Shown: positions 28,601 to 43,109 of the stretch, one piece after another
Position numbering within the stretch: the first letter of the stretch is position 1
How the letters are laid out: each line of letters opens with the position of its first letter
Source: Callorhinchus milii
Taxonomy: Eukaryota
Assembly: GCF_018977255.1 (NCBI RefSeq)
Contig: NW_024704742.1
Location: 4,466,001 to 4,530,000 of the forward strand
Direction of reading: 5' to 3'
Length of the DNA: 64,000 nucleotides
Translations under genes and position numbers: made by a program
Notes under the pieces: model-generated
The model's input: the letters and a program-made list of their open reading frames with translations, nothing else
The model's database searches: none
What the model was told of the DNA's origin: nothing

Positions 28601-29920
28601 TCAGTACTCACCTTGAGGTCAATCAATCTTGACCAGCTGGATACTGAGTGGAGTGATTAAATGTTATGTATATGCAACTTATTCTTGACCACACTAAATT
28701 TCCTATATTGTTCCAAGACTTGAGATAAATTTCCAGACAGATGCACTCACTTTTGTATGCAAGGCTCTCATGAAACCATCCTTCGTCTAGAAGTTAAGGA
28801 ATTTTTGAATCTTAACTTCTAAGAGATTTAGAAATATGTATTTAAACATGGTTACATTTGCTATTTAGAACAATTAATAGTCTGTTCTTTTTGTGAGGTT
28901 TTGCCTTTATTAGGAGTCGTGTAGCTCAGTGGTTAGAGCACTCGCCTCGCAAGCGAGAGACCTGGGTTCGATTCCCGGTAGGGTGAAATGTTGGGGAAGT
29001 TTCCGGTTGTTAGTCAATTGGCAGATCGCTTTTCCCGGGGTAATAATTCCTTCAAAAAAGAGTAATAATAGTAAATTGGTCACTTCAATCTACGTTTGTG
29101 GAACACTACTGTGCACAAATGGCTGTCAGATTTTGCCCACAAAATACAGTCATTGTATTGACTGTAATTATTTCTTTTTGAATAAATTGCGCAGTCACCT
29201 CCAGTACAAAAGAGATTTTATATCCTAAGGATCCCTTTGGGAACCTTGTTAAAAACTGTTTTTAAAAGATTCTGAAATAAAAAAGGCACTGACTTCCATT
29301 CAGCACAATTCTACAAACCCTATCCCCAAATTTATTATAATTAACAATCCCAATAAACTCACCATACAAATGTAGAGACTTGCTTATAGCTTTGATGTAA
29401 CTACCCATGGATGTAACTACCTATGGTTCCATTTCAACTATGCAATAATGAACCTATATAGCCAGCATGATCTTTATTGTAGTGAGGAACAGGGCTCATG
29501 GATATGCTGTGCCTTACACAAAACCAAAAGGTTTCCCCATGTAAAGACAGAAATATTGGCTAGATCTGTGTGTGTGTGGGGGGGGGGGGGGGAAGAGAAA
29601 GAGGGAGTTAATTAAAGGAAATCCAAAACTTATGCAAGACAAAAATATCAAACATCCTGGACTCTGGCAATCAGAGGGCGGTATCAATATCAACCACCCC
29701 CCTAGGATGCTTTTAAATCAGAATGATACAAGTTCATCAAGTAATCTTTAGCCATAATTTCCCCTTCAGGATGTCTAGCCTTCAGGAGTCTCACTATCAT
29801 TTGCAGAAGGTTATCAAACTCCCTGGAAGATTTAAAGTAGGAGGTTGGCTTGAGGACATGTTTTATCTTATGAAAGATACACCACACTAGTCTGAAAGTT
29901 TGCTCCTTCATGTTAGACCC

Positions 29921-30192
29921 GAGTTCAATTCCAGGCAGAGGGCGAAACCTTGGGCAAGTTTCCTTACTCCACACAGAGCCTAATAATAATCCCTCCAAAA
30001 CCAAAAACAATAATAAATTGGTCATTTTCAATCTACGACTGTTTGTGGGACATTGCTGTGCGCAATTGGCTGCCGCGTTTGCCCACAAATATACAGTCAA
30101 TTCACTTTACAGTGTGTTCTGTGAAGCGCTTTGGGACGTCCTCCCGACGTGAAAAGCGCTATATCAAATGCAAGGATTATTATTATTATTAT
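29921..30192 (+). mobile_element. same SINE, young subfamily, 5'-truncated
   Basis: Its ORF translation is identical to that of the 10757-11080 copy over about 80 codons. Confidence 0.9.
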
Positions 30193-31473
30193 GCATTCTA
30201 GAAACAAGGATTGCCTTCAGTTTGATGAACTTTCTATTCTTCTAGTCACGAAAGTTCTGCAATAGTTCCAAAACCTCACACATGAGACTCAGCAAACTCC
30301 CAACACTGCCACATCGAAAAATCTACCAAAGTACAACTTTGAAAACACTAGGGGGAGTAGTTGGATGCATGGTAGCATCCGGTTCAATACAATATAGCTG
30401 AAAATGGCAGACCCATTAATTTCCACACTGACTATACAGTTTATCCAATTATACGTTGGAAATGACAAAACCACATTTTATCTAGTTTTGTTTAAACACC
30501 AAATTTATAAGCAAGACCATTTCGTCTCATTATTCGAATCAAAATTCAGCATATTTGCTGAAAAATACCTCTGTAGAAAAATACAATTTCATGTTGACAA
30601 ACAAAACACGGCCCTCATAATAAGCATTACAATTGACAAACTGGATTAAATGCAATTGTTGCATGGGATCCTTCAGAAGGAACGGAGGGTATAAACCAAT
30701 AAAGCTCAGCATAATGCAGTAACAGAACAATATTTTCCACGGGGAAGAACTTTAATTTGCGCCTTCCAAGCTTAAAATTATTAGGTTGGTAGACAAGGTT
30801 CATTCAATCCAATATCCATCTCCACATGACATATGGTGAACTTATATTTTTATAAATAATATATATTATATACATAAACTAAATCAGTTATTTCACATAT
30901 TAAATTCAGTATTAAATCAAAGTTTAGTATTTTGGAAACCTACTTCATATTAGATTCTTGGCAATGAGTTCTCAATTAACGTTCACATAGTCAAACAAGA
31001 AACTTTCTCCCTCGGCCACCTTTAAATAGAATTGTGTATGTTTGCATACATGAGGGAGAAGGAAATAAGAGTACGAGTGAGGTGAAGATGTATGTGGGGT
31101 ATAAACACGGGCACAGACTAGTTGGGCTGAATGGCTCGTTTCTGTTCTGTAACATCCTAAAAATCCTAATTCTATATAGAGTAAAAGTGGTCTTCAGTAA
31201 AATAATTTAATAAATGAACTGATTAGAAGTAAATTGACTCAAAGAGCCATGAAATACAAAATATACAGTCAATTTACTTTATACTGAATATACTGATATT
31301 CTGTGAAGCGCTTTGAGACGTCTCGAAGACGTGATGAGGCGCTACATTAAATGTAAGGATTATTATATAATGTAGTGAGATTTTGGCATTCAAATTGTGC
31401 AGTGTGACTTAACCGTGTCATCTTATCTTTAAAATCTACGAAATGAAGTATTGTGGCTAAACTTTAAACCCAC

Positions 31474-31642
31474 CTTGATTTTTCTTGGACCCTCTTTCCA
31501 AGGCTTTTTCAGTTTGTTTGGAGTTAACATTGTGATCATTTTGTCCAGGCCTCGTTCCAAGCTTCCAAACATTTTTGTTCCTTTCTTTTTCTGACTACTG
31601 CCCCCATTAGCTTGATTTAGGTCCATGTCCAGTGAACGGGTT
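31474..31642 (-). CDS. MELK: MELK exon 16 (TRSLDMDLNQANGG...FGSLERGLDKMITMLTP...GPRKIK)
   Basis: 169 nt; FGSLERGLDK motif. Confidence 0.96.
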
Positions 31643-31819
31643 CTGTACAACACAACAGCATCTCACCATACAAAGCAAGTTCTTTCATTTAAAACATGCA
31701 AGATAGGAAAACACTCAAAACATCAAAGAACACAAAGATCTTGCATTTACAATAAAAATAAAATGTACTGAAGCATTTAACACTCAACCTGGATGGGAGA
31801 ACTACATCATTTGTGTCTC

Positions 31820-32200
31820 AGCCTGGCTCAGTTGGTTGCATTCACCAAGTCTGAAGGTTGTGGGTTCAAGCCCCACACCAGGACCTGGATCTCATATAGT
31901 CGAGACTGACACTCCAATGCAGTGCTGGGGATGTGCTGCATTGTTGGAGTTGATGTGTTGTAGTTGAAACGTAAACCCAAGGCCCCATCTGCCTGTTCAG
32001 GTGGCCATTAAAGATCCCATGGTACTATTCAAAGAGGAGCGTTTCTCCCGGGGTCCTGGCCAACAATCCCCCAAACTAAAATTGGTCATTCACTTCACAG
32101 CTGTTCATGTATATACAGTGCACAGAAATTGGCTACTGTGTTTGGCGACAAAACACAATCACTATACTTTCCAGTTTATCCTGTGAAGCGCTTTAAAAAG
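31820..32200 (+). mobile_element. DeuSINE (SacSINE1/AmnSINE1-like); other copies at about 23250-23530 (+), 54213-54535 (-), 55690-56155 (-)
   Basis: tRNA head CCTGGCTCAGTTGG; Deu-like core GGCCCCATCTGCCTGTTCAGGTGG..TAAAGATCCCATGGTACTATT. Confidence 0.8.
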
Positions 32201-32391
32201 ACCTCAAGATTTTAAATCAGCCTATCACCCTCGTTCTCGCCTGTTGGCTCTCCATCCCCCAGTGGAATGAGTTCAAGATCCTCGTTCTCACCTTTCAATC
32301 CCTCCAGTCTCACCCCATTCTACTCTGTGACCTCCTCAAATCCTACCGATCTGGCCAAATCAACAAATAAATACTGATGTGCATTACATAC

Positions 32392-32488
32392 CGTCTTTCT
32401 GGACTAAGTGCTGTGACTGTCAGGTCTTCCGAGTTAAGCACGCGTAAACCTTGGTTTATAGGCATTTCCATAGTGCAGCTGATCATGG
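32392..32488 (-). CDS. MELK: MELK exon 15 (AMISCTMEMPINQGLRVLNSEDLTVTALSPER-R)
   Basis: 97 nt, phase 1/2; ends in the SPERR motif. Confidence 0.9.
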
Positions 32489-34953
32489 CTGATAGTTAAG
32501 GTGAGGGTGGGGGGGAAGAAAGTTAAATATAAAAACCATATTTCATAGCAATTTGAGTACAATTTTATAGTAACTCATCATGATTACTACCAACTTTGAC
32601 AATATTACCAACAAGATATTTAGTAAATATACTGAACTTCAAAATATGTGCAGCAGGAAGTACAGTATTTACATTACAGAAATAATTTGTACACACAGTA
32701 GTGATTCATACTCAAGCTTATTCAACAAAAAATGGCACACTTTCAAGTCAAAATAATTTCAGCAATTAAAGTCATAATTCTTCACAAGCAAAAAGTTTAG
32801 AGGCAAATCTTGAGTTGGACAAAACATTCAGTTCTTTTGAGAGAAGGAACTGAATGTTTTGTCCAACTTCACATTTGCATTCTTATTTCTTAAATAAGGC
32901 ATCACAAATGGGAAATACAGAAATTTAGGTTTTTGACATTTTCCACATTTTGGAAACGCTGTTCGCTTCACTTTGAGCTTTTAAATATTAATCTCTGAAC
33001 AAAACAAAGCCATTCAAATCATACTTTATTCACCATTATTCTAACTTTCCAAGATGCAAAGGTTATTAAGTGCCAAAAGCAGATTTGGAAATGATTCTAC
33101 ATTACAATACAGAATGGACTCTTTAAAAAAAACTTTCCAGTATATTGTATGAAAAACTGAAACAGACATGCTCTGGGACACTACCCTGCGTGAGGAGCAC
33201 TAAATAAATGCAAATTGTTTTTGCAAGGTGCTAATACCAAATAAGGACCATCATTTATTATTAACAAGCAAATTAAATTTCATGAAAGAGTGAGCATCGT
33301 TTCCGCAAAGGTAGTGGTTGCTGTGTTGGTCTGGATGTTAGTTGTCAGATTGCTTTCTGGGGGTAATAACCCCACAAAAATAATAATGCATTTGGTCACT
33401 TACTCCATGACTGTTTGTGGGACACTGCTATGCACAATTGGCTACTGCATTTCACGCACAAAATACACAAGTCAATTCACTTTCCAATATATTCTGTGAA
33501 GCACTTTGAGATGTCTCAATGACGTGAAAAGGCACTGTATCAAATGCGAGGATTATAGGACTATTATTAATCACAGGTCTGGATGGATGTGCGACACAAT
33601 GGGAACATCACAATACATTACATAGATGTCAGATCACTGCAAAATGTTTGGATCAGAATCTATGCTTAGTGCTGCCAGGTTTACATGCATTTACTGGATG
33701 CAATTACATTTCTGTCTTCCCGGGAAAGGTTCGTCCACCGGAGCAGGTTGAAAAATGGGAAACCTTTTTGTAAATCTTGGAACTTCAAAAACTGTTAGAG
33801 GAGTTTTTTTTGCTCTATCCGGTAAGCCAAAACTTAGAAAAGTTGAGCAAGTGCGATATGCTACTGTCAAGTAATGGTGTGCTCCAACAAATCAGAATAA
33901 ACCTCAAGAGGAGATGAAAGGTGCAGATTCTAACCTTTGGCCTCCAGCACATTGTTTTGATTTTAAAAAAATCAAAAAACAGTGGCACTAAATTGCCTGT
34001 TTGTGGAAGAAAGCATTCACCTGTTTCAGCCATTTACACACATTTTGCCAAGATCTCAACATTTTAGCAAAATGACCTCCAACCTTTGTACATTTATAGC
34101 TGCTCTTATTAATGTGGTGCCCTCTGGTGCCTCTCCTCACTGCTCATTACATATGTGAGCCTTTGCAATGCCCCACAATACCTCGCAGATTGGAAAACTT
34201 AAATAGTCATATTTAGTTTGTTAATATTTCTTCAAAGATGCTGTAATGCAGTGGGGTTTTGTTAGTGGCTGGAAATCTAGCTGCATTATGTTTAATATGG
34301 TGGTAGTCCTGTAGCTTAGGTTAGACCAGCTGCCTCGCAAGCGAGAACCTGGGTTCAATTCCCAGGCAGGGCGAAACCTGCAATAGTAATAATCTTTGTA
34401 TTTGATATAACGCCTTATCACGTTTTCAAGACGTCTCAAAGCGCTTCACAGAATATACAGTGAATTGACTGTATTTTGTGGGCGAAAGCAAGTTTCTTTA
34501 CTCCACATGCTTCTGTTTACCTGGCGGTAAGTAGGAATCTGGCTTTCAGTCGATTGGCGGATCGTAATAATCCCATCAAAAAAATAATTTGGTCACTCAA
34601 TCCACGACTGTTTGTTAGACATTGCTGTGCACAATTGGTTGCTGCGTTTTGTCCACAAAAAATATACAATAGCAATGGCGGAGAGGTGTGCAAAGATGAT
34701 CGGAGCAGCGTTGGAGAGAAGACGTGTCCGCTCAGGCACACCTCCGTCTCAGGATGCTTAGCGACAGGCTCAAGATTTGCAGGTGGGAGCAATTTATACC
34801 CAATTTTGTGTTCGGTGCAACATTACAGTGATTCAAAGAGAAAGCGACTCAGCGAGAGAGAGAAGGTAATAACACTCACTGGACTCAGTGGTTTAAGCCA
34901 CGAACAATTCTTAGTTCATTAATTACAAAAATCTAAGTTATAACAAAACTTGC

Positions 34954-35194
34954 CTTTAGTAGCAGCCTCGGTATCTTGTTTTGGAGTAACCAGAGTCCTC
35001 TTTTCATAATTTTTCTTAGCGACTGGTGTTTTGACTTGAGGTTGTAGAAAGTGAACTTCGCTTTTCACATTTGTTTTAACTTGGTTTATATTTTCTTTGT
35101 TTTCATTTCCAGACTTATTTGAAGCAACTTTTTGTTTACCTGATGACCAGAGCTCACCTCCTCCACAATCTTTTTGTGTTTTACATCTTACTCG
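34954..35194 (-). CDS. MELK: MELK exon 14 (RVRCK...NENKENINQ...VKTPVAKK...LVTPKQDTEAATK-), GC donor
   Basis: 241 nt; NKEN and TP motifs; donor AAG|GCAAGT gives the phase 1 needed by the next exon. Confidence 0.88.
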
Positions 35195-36776
35195 CTGAAA
35201 TTTAAAAAAAATCCAACTGATGATGTAACGAAACTCAACTTGTAATTAACAGATTGTAATGGACAGCAACCACTGTATATAGATAAAAAAATGGAAACTC
35301 ATGAAACATAGCAACCTAGAAAACCAGGAACCGTATTAGGCCGTTCAGCCTACTGAGTCTGTTCCATCTTGCAGCACAATCCCAATGACTTTTGTAGTAC
35401 CCCTTTAATACTTCTACTATCTAAATATCCATCTTTCTTAACATCATTATTGATTCCACCTCTAGTTTTCTGGGGCCGAGTATTGCACATTCAAAACCCT
35501 CTATGTGAAGAAATGCTTCCTGATCTCAGTTAACATAATCTTATGACTTTAAGGCTACGTCCCTTTGAGGACATGATAAACATGAGAATTATGGCATCAT
35601 GTTCAATTATTTTATAAGAATGTACTGTTGCCGTACATTTTTCACTATCTACAGTGAGACACCATTCCCTACATAGCAAGTGGTAAGCAGATTGAGGCAA
35701 TTGGTTATTATCACAATGGTCATTTCAGTTAGCCACAGGATGGGACCAAAGTGGGGGGTGGGGGAGACTTTGAACTAAGTCCTCTTTAAAGAAAGAATCT
35801 ACAAATATATACAGCTTATTTAAAGCCTGCACTACACTTGAATAATCATTGCCAATTTATTTCACTTTCTTCATCAAGTGGGCATTGATAAAAGGGGTAG
35901 GTCATATTAGACATACAAAAAGTTATTGTACTGGCAGCAAAATCTTATTAAAGTGCATTTTTCATTCTCACCAACAATTGACACTGGTAGAACATCTTTC
36001 ATGTTGAAAGAACATCTCAAACGCTTTACGAAGTTGAGCTGGAATGGGATCGCAGGAGATTGCAGACAGGATAGAGCAGGGATGGGAAGGTATTCTCCTA
36101 AATATGCTGGTGCGTATTGGACTACTCTTCTACTTTTATGTGCGAGTCTGGAGAATATACTTTGACAGGCTATGCAATTGTGAGGGACATTTCCACCAAC
36201 CGATTCTATCCATGCACGTGCACCAATCAACAGGGGTCACTTCATGAGTGCTTAAGACCAGGTACTCTAACTGGGAGAACTCCCCATTCTTCAAAATATT
36301 GATGGAATCTTCAATACCCATCTGATCCATCATAAGAGGGAGTAATATTGCTTTAATGGCTCATCCAAAGACTGAGGGGGGGGAAAAAAAGCTTCCAATA
36401 GGTCCTCTAAACCACTTTCGAGCCATCAATCTACCTCACCATTTGAAAACCTGAAATGTGCAAATCAGACCATTGGTTTTACCATTCAAATTTATAAGTT
36501 GAATTAATCAGATTCCCACCTGCCTGACAGATTGCCATAGAAAAGCCATTATCCTCACCAACTTGGTGGCATTGTTCAACATGCAATTCTCCACTCCATA
36601 ACCTTGGTGAAAATTCCCCTATAATAACTCAAGGCAATTGTCTATAATGGTGCAATTCTTACTTGCAGTACAGTATTCTCTGAAAACGATCTTGCTGAAG
36701 AATAGAGTTGAAAATGGTAAGGATGATTATGAGCAGACTATATAACATTCAACACAAATACGTCAACAACACAAAC

Positions 36777-36875
36777 CTCTGTGAGATGGGGTGCCACAGC
36801 AAGAGGAGAATCCATAAATTCCATGGAGCCACATACATAAGAGATGTCATCCTCAAAATTCAAATTCCCTTTAAA
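36777..36875 (-). CDS. MELK: MELK exon 13 (FKGNLNFEDDISYVCGSMEFMDSPLAVAPHLTE)
   Basis: 99 nt, phase 0/0, stop-free, AG/GT bounded; weak similarity (ED..YV.G) to the variable linker exon of MELK. Confidence 0.7.
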
Positions 36876-38073
36876 CTAGTAAATGGGTTTCAAGTTAGTT
36901 TAAAACATTCAAGGATCAAGCAAAATGTTAGCTCATCTTTCTTTAGTAATGCATCTAAATATATATCCATGCCGAACCTTACATAAAATTCCAACGGGTG
37001 GAACCTTTGCTCAACAGGAAGGGATCAGCTGCGGACAGGAGGATGGTGGCATTACTCTCGCATTTCATGCTGAGCTGCATTGCCCACCAGCTGAACTGGC
37101 TCCAAGGTGACATGTTTGGCCAAGGAATATCGGAATTGAGTCAGTCCTCTGTGGCGGTCTCGGTAGTCCAGTTCCTGAGCCAGGCGGGTCCTCAGCACGG
37201 GGCACTGCTGATGACAGCACAGCCAGCCTGGTTTACTGCAGGACCTGGAGGAGCAGACCAGTCTCTGCAATTCCTCCCACTCAGCTCCTGTTAACTCAAC
37301 AAGTCAAAACCCTAACAAGTAGGGTGGTCCTAACTGAACAAATACTGGAAAGCTTGTCAGACAGTGCTTTCAATGGCAGGCTATGTAGTTGTAGCTGGTT
37401 AAACTCTAATATTACGCACGTTCTGGAGTCTCCAAGTCTTAACTTTTGCTAGTCTGCACCTAATATTCTCTGGAATTAGGTAAGCAGGCTGCATCCCTTC
37501 CTCCATAGAGAGTGTGTGCATTACCTTCCATTACACAGTAATTTCTATATGTGGGTGGGAGGCACAGAACTGTGTTTGGTTTGGATACTCTTAAGCTTGG
37601 TGATGGGTTTCCACATGTGTCAGACACCTGGCTGACCAAAAGAAAGTTTGTGAAGCCTGGTGCGGGAGACACCACCAACTGCAGAGTTCTGGGTGATCTG
37701 CAGCTTGTATACGGGCCAAGAATCTTCTGTTCCAAGCCCAGTGCTCAAGTGACTGGCCTGCCCGGGCAATGCTCAATCACCACTGCTCAATCACCAATTT
37801 CTCCTCCCTTCTGTCTCTGGTTTACTCCCCACCTCTCCCCGTCCCCCCCAGTAAATTATACATAGCAATGAATTATAAGATTACAGTTTTGGTTGGAGAG
37901 TCAGAGACAATGTGCAGTTTACAGTAATTGAGAGCAGGATGTCACATCTCAAAATCAGTTGATTTCTTTCCCACACAAACAAAATATAGCATCTTTAAAA
38001 GTTAGTATTTTAATTAATTAAAAAGGCAAAAAAAAGGTTCATTTTTTTAAAATTCTCTAAAAGAATTGCTCAC

Positions 38074-38202
38074 CTTCAGTTCTCCAAGAGGAGTTGTGGG
38101 CACATCTTGCTTTTCAGAGCAAGAAAACAGTCGAATGGGTTTGCCGTGGATCTTCTTATGAAAGAGCAGTAAGTATGCTGCTGTTATTCGATCATATTTC
38201 CA
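38074..38202 (-). CDS. MELK: MELK exon 12 (WKYDRITAAYLLLFHKKIHGKPIRLFSCSEKQDVPTTPLGELK)
   Basis: 129 nt; end of UBA (W-YD--TA-YLLL); donor AAG|GTGAGC. Confidence 0.94.
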
Positions 38203-38410
38203 CTACATAAATAAATGGATAAATAATAAATCATAGTCAAACCTAACAAAATCATTTCCTCACACTCACGTACAAATCACCTGATGCCCTGGTACCTTCC
38301 CTCCCTATCAGTCCTGCTTACACCCCACTCCTTTTACCCCCCACCCCCACTCCGCTCGCTCAGCTGGCTCCGGCCTTCTGCACATCCCTTATTATGCAGC
38401 AGGCTCTTAC

Positions 38411-38497
38411 CTCTGCCACCAAACTGGCCATGTTCTTTTTAGAGCGCCTGAAGAACACAGATAGTTCTGTAACACAGTTCTCATCAAGATGGCCAAT
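38411..38497 (-). CDS. MELK: MELK exon 11 (IGHLDENCVTELSVFFRRSKKNMASLVAE), UBA domain
   Basis: 87 nt; donor GAG|GTAAGA. Confidence 0.94.
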
Positions 38498-38556
38498 CTG
38501 CAAGTGAAAATATATTCAATATTCTAAGTTGCATAATCACTGAAAGATTATATTTA

Positions 38557-38901
<345 letters not shown>

Positions 38902-39805
38902 TTACCTCACGTGTTCTTACCTCACAGGATTCTCCACTTACCCAGCTGACAATTGGGAGAATTGAAAACGAACCATTCGTAAAGGCATTGATAATTTACA
39001 TTAATGCATTGAATTATGTGCATGCACTTTTTAAAAAATATATGCAATTTGCCTTTATATAGCACTCTTCATGTCTCGCAACATCTTGGAAATCTAATCT
39101 ATTTGCTGTTGGTGGGTGGCTCTAATTAGGATCTCTTTAAATTTTTAATAAAAAAAGCTACAAAACCCCATTGACACACCCTTCTGATAATCTGTAATAT
39201 TCCAAAGAAGGATAGCTGTGTAAATATTGAAGCTTTGCAAAGGTTTCAAATACAAAGACTTTGTAAAACTCAGGGTGGTAAAGTGGGCTTTCACTATCAC
39301 TCAGTAACTGTTCTTTGATCTAAACTTTAAAGAAGTTTGTTCAGGTGTCTATTCAGATAAGGAATAATACCTAGAACTTGGGGACGTATAAATCATTGGA
39401 AATAAAATACCTAACAAAATTTTCCTAGTTTACAGGAACTTTTTTTTCAAAACAGCCATGGGGAAATAATTGTATTTACCTACAATCTGAATGGTTACTC
39501 TGAACTTTAGGAAGCCTGACTTGAAATACAAGTACTGGTCCGACTGAACAAGTTTCCAAGTAGTCCCACAGCAAAGTGCTCATTACTTGTGATTTCAAGT
39601 TCCAGCAGAGGGTAGTTGTGAAGATCATGCAACATTTTCAATTGTATCATTAGGTTTACATCCAATTTACTGAAAATGAAGTTGCTGTTCCACATGACTA
39701 AATAGGTCAACAGCAGCAATAAAATTGCGAAATCTGGTCTACAATATTGACATTAAAAAACGTATTTGAATAAAAGATGACATAACAAGCCTTTTACTTA
39801 GGTTA

Positions 39806-39940
<135 letters not shown>

Positions 39941-41805
39941 TTAAAATCAAGAACACAAATAGGGGTTACTTAATACAAAGTATATTATCCTGAAACATAG
40001 AAATTGCCCATATGATGAATAAAGAATTTGTATTTGAACAGATTGAGTGACAATCGTAACATTGAGTTACTATCGATGGGAAATGAATAGCTTCTTTCTT
40101 CAGAGATAATCCTTTATTACATTCTTATGTCACATCTTGAGCTGCAGTCAACTCCTTCAACTAAGGACAGAATAATTTAGAATATAAAACCACTCCACAA
40201 TACAAGAAAATAGAGAAGAGAAAACTATAGCTTATCTGGTGGCCTTACAGCAAACTCATTAACATCTTAACCCATTTTCAATTTTTTATTTATAACCACA
40301 AATGTGGAGAAGCCAGAATGGAGGATTGCACATGCCAAGAAAACAAATCATGGTGTGAGGTTACACTTCTACAAATAGCTACTAAAACATGTAATAAGAC
40401 CAATTCATCTGATAACTAATCATATTGGACAGCTGACACTTAATTTATTCCCGATTCTATAATTCGGATTTCAAGAACCTTGAAGCAAGCTCTTTGTACT
40501 TGGAATTTACCTACCCAGCAGTCGACTCCATTAACTGAATAGAAAGGCACTGGGGTTTAGAAGTGGAATACATTTTAGCTGTACACGCACACACACAAAA
40601 AAAAAATCAGAAAGCCCTGGCCTTTAAGATGTCATAATTATGACTCACATTGGCCATGCAAATCCTTTTTCATTCTACAGACCATAAGGAAGCTTCATCC
40701 ACACCCCACCACAGGTTCTCAGGTGGCTTGTCAAGTTTATCCACTTAGCTGCTCTAAGATTGTCAGCCTTGGAAGTTTACATTCAAATTTCCTGCATGGA
40801 TCTGGAGACAATTCCACAGCAGGGTGGTTGGTGCCATCAGTGTCAGTCAGCGTTGATTTGCTCTTGGGCTGTCTTGGTTTCTCTTGAATAAATGATCCCA
40901 AACTACTGAGGTTGATATAAATCGTAGACAGATTGGACATGCCCCAACATCACGCTTTGAAGAAGGCACTTCAGACAGCATTTGCAATGTTTAAGCACAA
41001 CTGAATTTATGTATTCCTTGAAGCCAGACATGCTGACAGTCAGCACTGGTCAGGGTCAGCATCGATAAACACAGAAGTGAGGCAATCTTCCACACACTTA
41101 AAAAAAAGGAAGTGAAACTATTCTACACTGGCACATACTACACATGAAGACAAACAAGAAATCTGAAACCTTTTTATAGGCAACCCAAACATAATAATCC
41201 ATGCATTTGATACTGAGCCTCATCACATCAAAAGCATCAGATTTTTTTTCTGTGAAGTGCAATGACTGTACTTGCAGGCCAATGCAATAGCCAATCTGCA
41301 CAGAAAAGTATCCCACAGTCAGCAGATAAATGACCAATAAACTGGAAGATTTTTGTCCACGAGATGAGGTATGGGGAAAGGGCAGGTAAGTGAAACTGAA
41401 TGGGTGGCTCAAGGTTTTAGTTCATACTGTGTTCAGTTTTGGGCAACCCACCTCAGGAAAGATATGCTGGCCACGGAGGGGTAGTGCAGATTCACCAGAA
41501 TTATGTCATGGCTTAAACGGTTAAATCATCAGGACAGCTTGTATTCCCATTAGTTTAGAAGGTCGAGGGGTGAAGTAGGGAAGAAAAGCAATGTTGGACT
41601 GGAATAAAGTGTAATGACTAGAAACATTGGAACTAGTGCTTTGACAAATGTGTTCATTCTTTAATGCCACTCAAGTGACTTGTAGAGAATGTGTCAGGTC
41701 AGTTAGAATCAGTCTTGTGAAGGTGCTAACCACATACAGCATTAAAATTGTAATCCATTGTCTCAACCTGTGGAAGAATAGGATTTCTAGTACAACATGT
41801 TATCA

Positions 41806-41937
<132 letters not shown>

Positions 41938-42638
41938 CTACAGCAAAGAGAGAATCAAAACCAGAATTAGATGCAAACATCTACCAAATGAATATTGTCA
42001 CAAATGTAAAACTTGCAATTGTGTTTGTCCTCAGGAAAATTAACAAAACATTCCACTTTTGTTTTTAACAGATATTTTTTGCATTAATTAAGGCTTATGG
42101 TTTTACAGTAAGGGCAGCTCTGGAGGGGGAACAGTAAAGAAGGAATGGCAACTAGACTGAGAACTGGAATTAGGCATTTGGATTCGGAGGAGAAGCAATA
42201 GAAGCTGGAATATTTGCCTTAAAGACTGAGGAGATCTTATTTAATTATTTAAGATCCTTAAAAAAATCAAGATGAACTGAACTGCAGCAATGTGCTTAAC
42301 TTCTTCTGGGACTTTCACCCCTCCTCTCTCTCCCCATCGCTGACCTAGAATAATCCTGGTCATAATTCTTCGAATTCTTCTAATAATAATCCTTGCACTT
42401 GATATAGTACGTTTCCAAGTACTTCAAAGCCGTTACTGTGAAGTGTACGGACTACTTTGTAGACAAAATAGTTCTCTAGTTGATTCTTTTTTAAAAATCT
42501 GGATCTTTAGTTGGTACGGTTGAAAAAAATGTATTACAATTTATTTTGTTGTAATGATTATACCTAAATGTAATAATAATAATCCTTGCATTTGATATAG
42601 CAAATGCAAGGGAGCAAATGCAGCCTGAATCTTAATTA

Positions 42639-42809
<171 letters not shown>

Positions 42810-43109
42810 TTAATTTATGTTTTATGTGCACTTAGTTTAGACTTCTCTTCCCTGTAAATTTACAGTTGATTGTAAATTTACAAATCACCATTTTACTGCT
42901 AAAAACATTACCAGCAAAGTTATCAGAATTATAGTAAACTTACATTTATATGCCATCTCACATTTTAAAAAATAGGGGTCTTGATGGTTTTACAAATTAA
43001 AGTTGTTTAGAAATGGCAATTGTTAAGACAAAACATTTATAATACATAAAACTACAGAAAGTTGAATTGAAAATAATATACATTTGCAGAAATTATTTCA
43101 CATGAAGCA

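Noticed and set aside
33708..33863. 156-nt stop-free, phase-compatible candidate cassette exon in MELK intron 14
   Set aside because: Weak splice sites (AAT|GTAATT), no recognisable MELK similarity, and exons 14 and 15 already join correctly.
36520..36618. Approximately 99-nt open frame with AG/GT ends as an alternative exon 13
   Set aside because: No similarity to MELK; 36777-36875 fits better.
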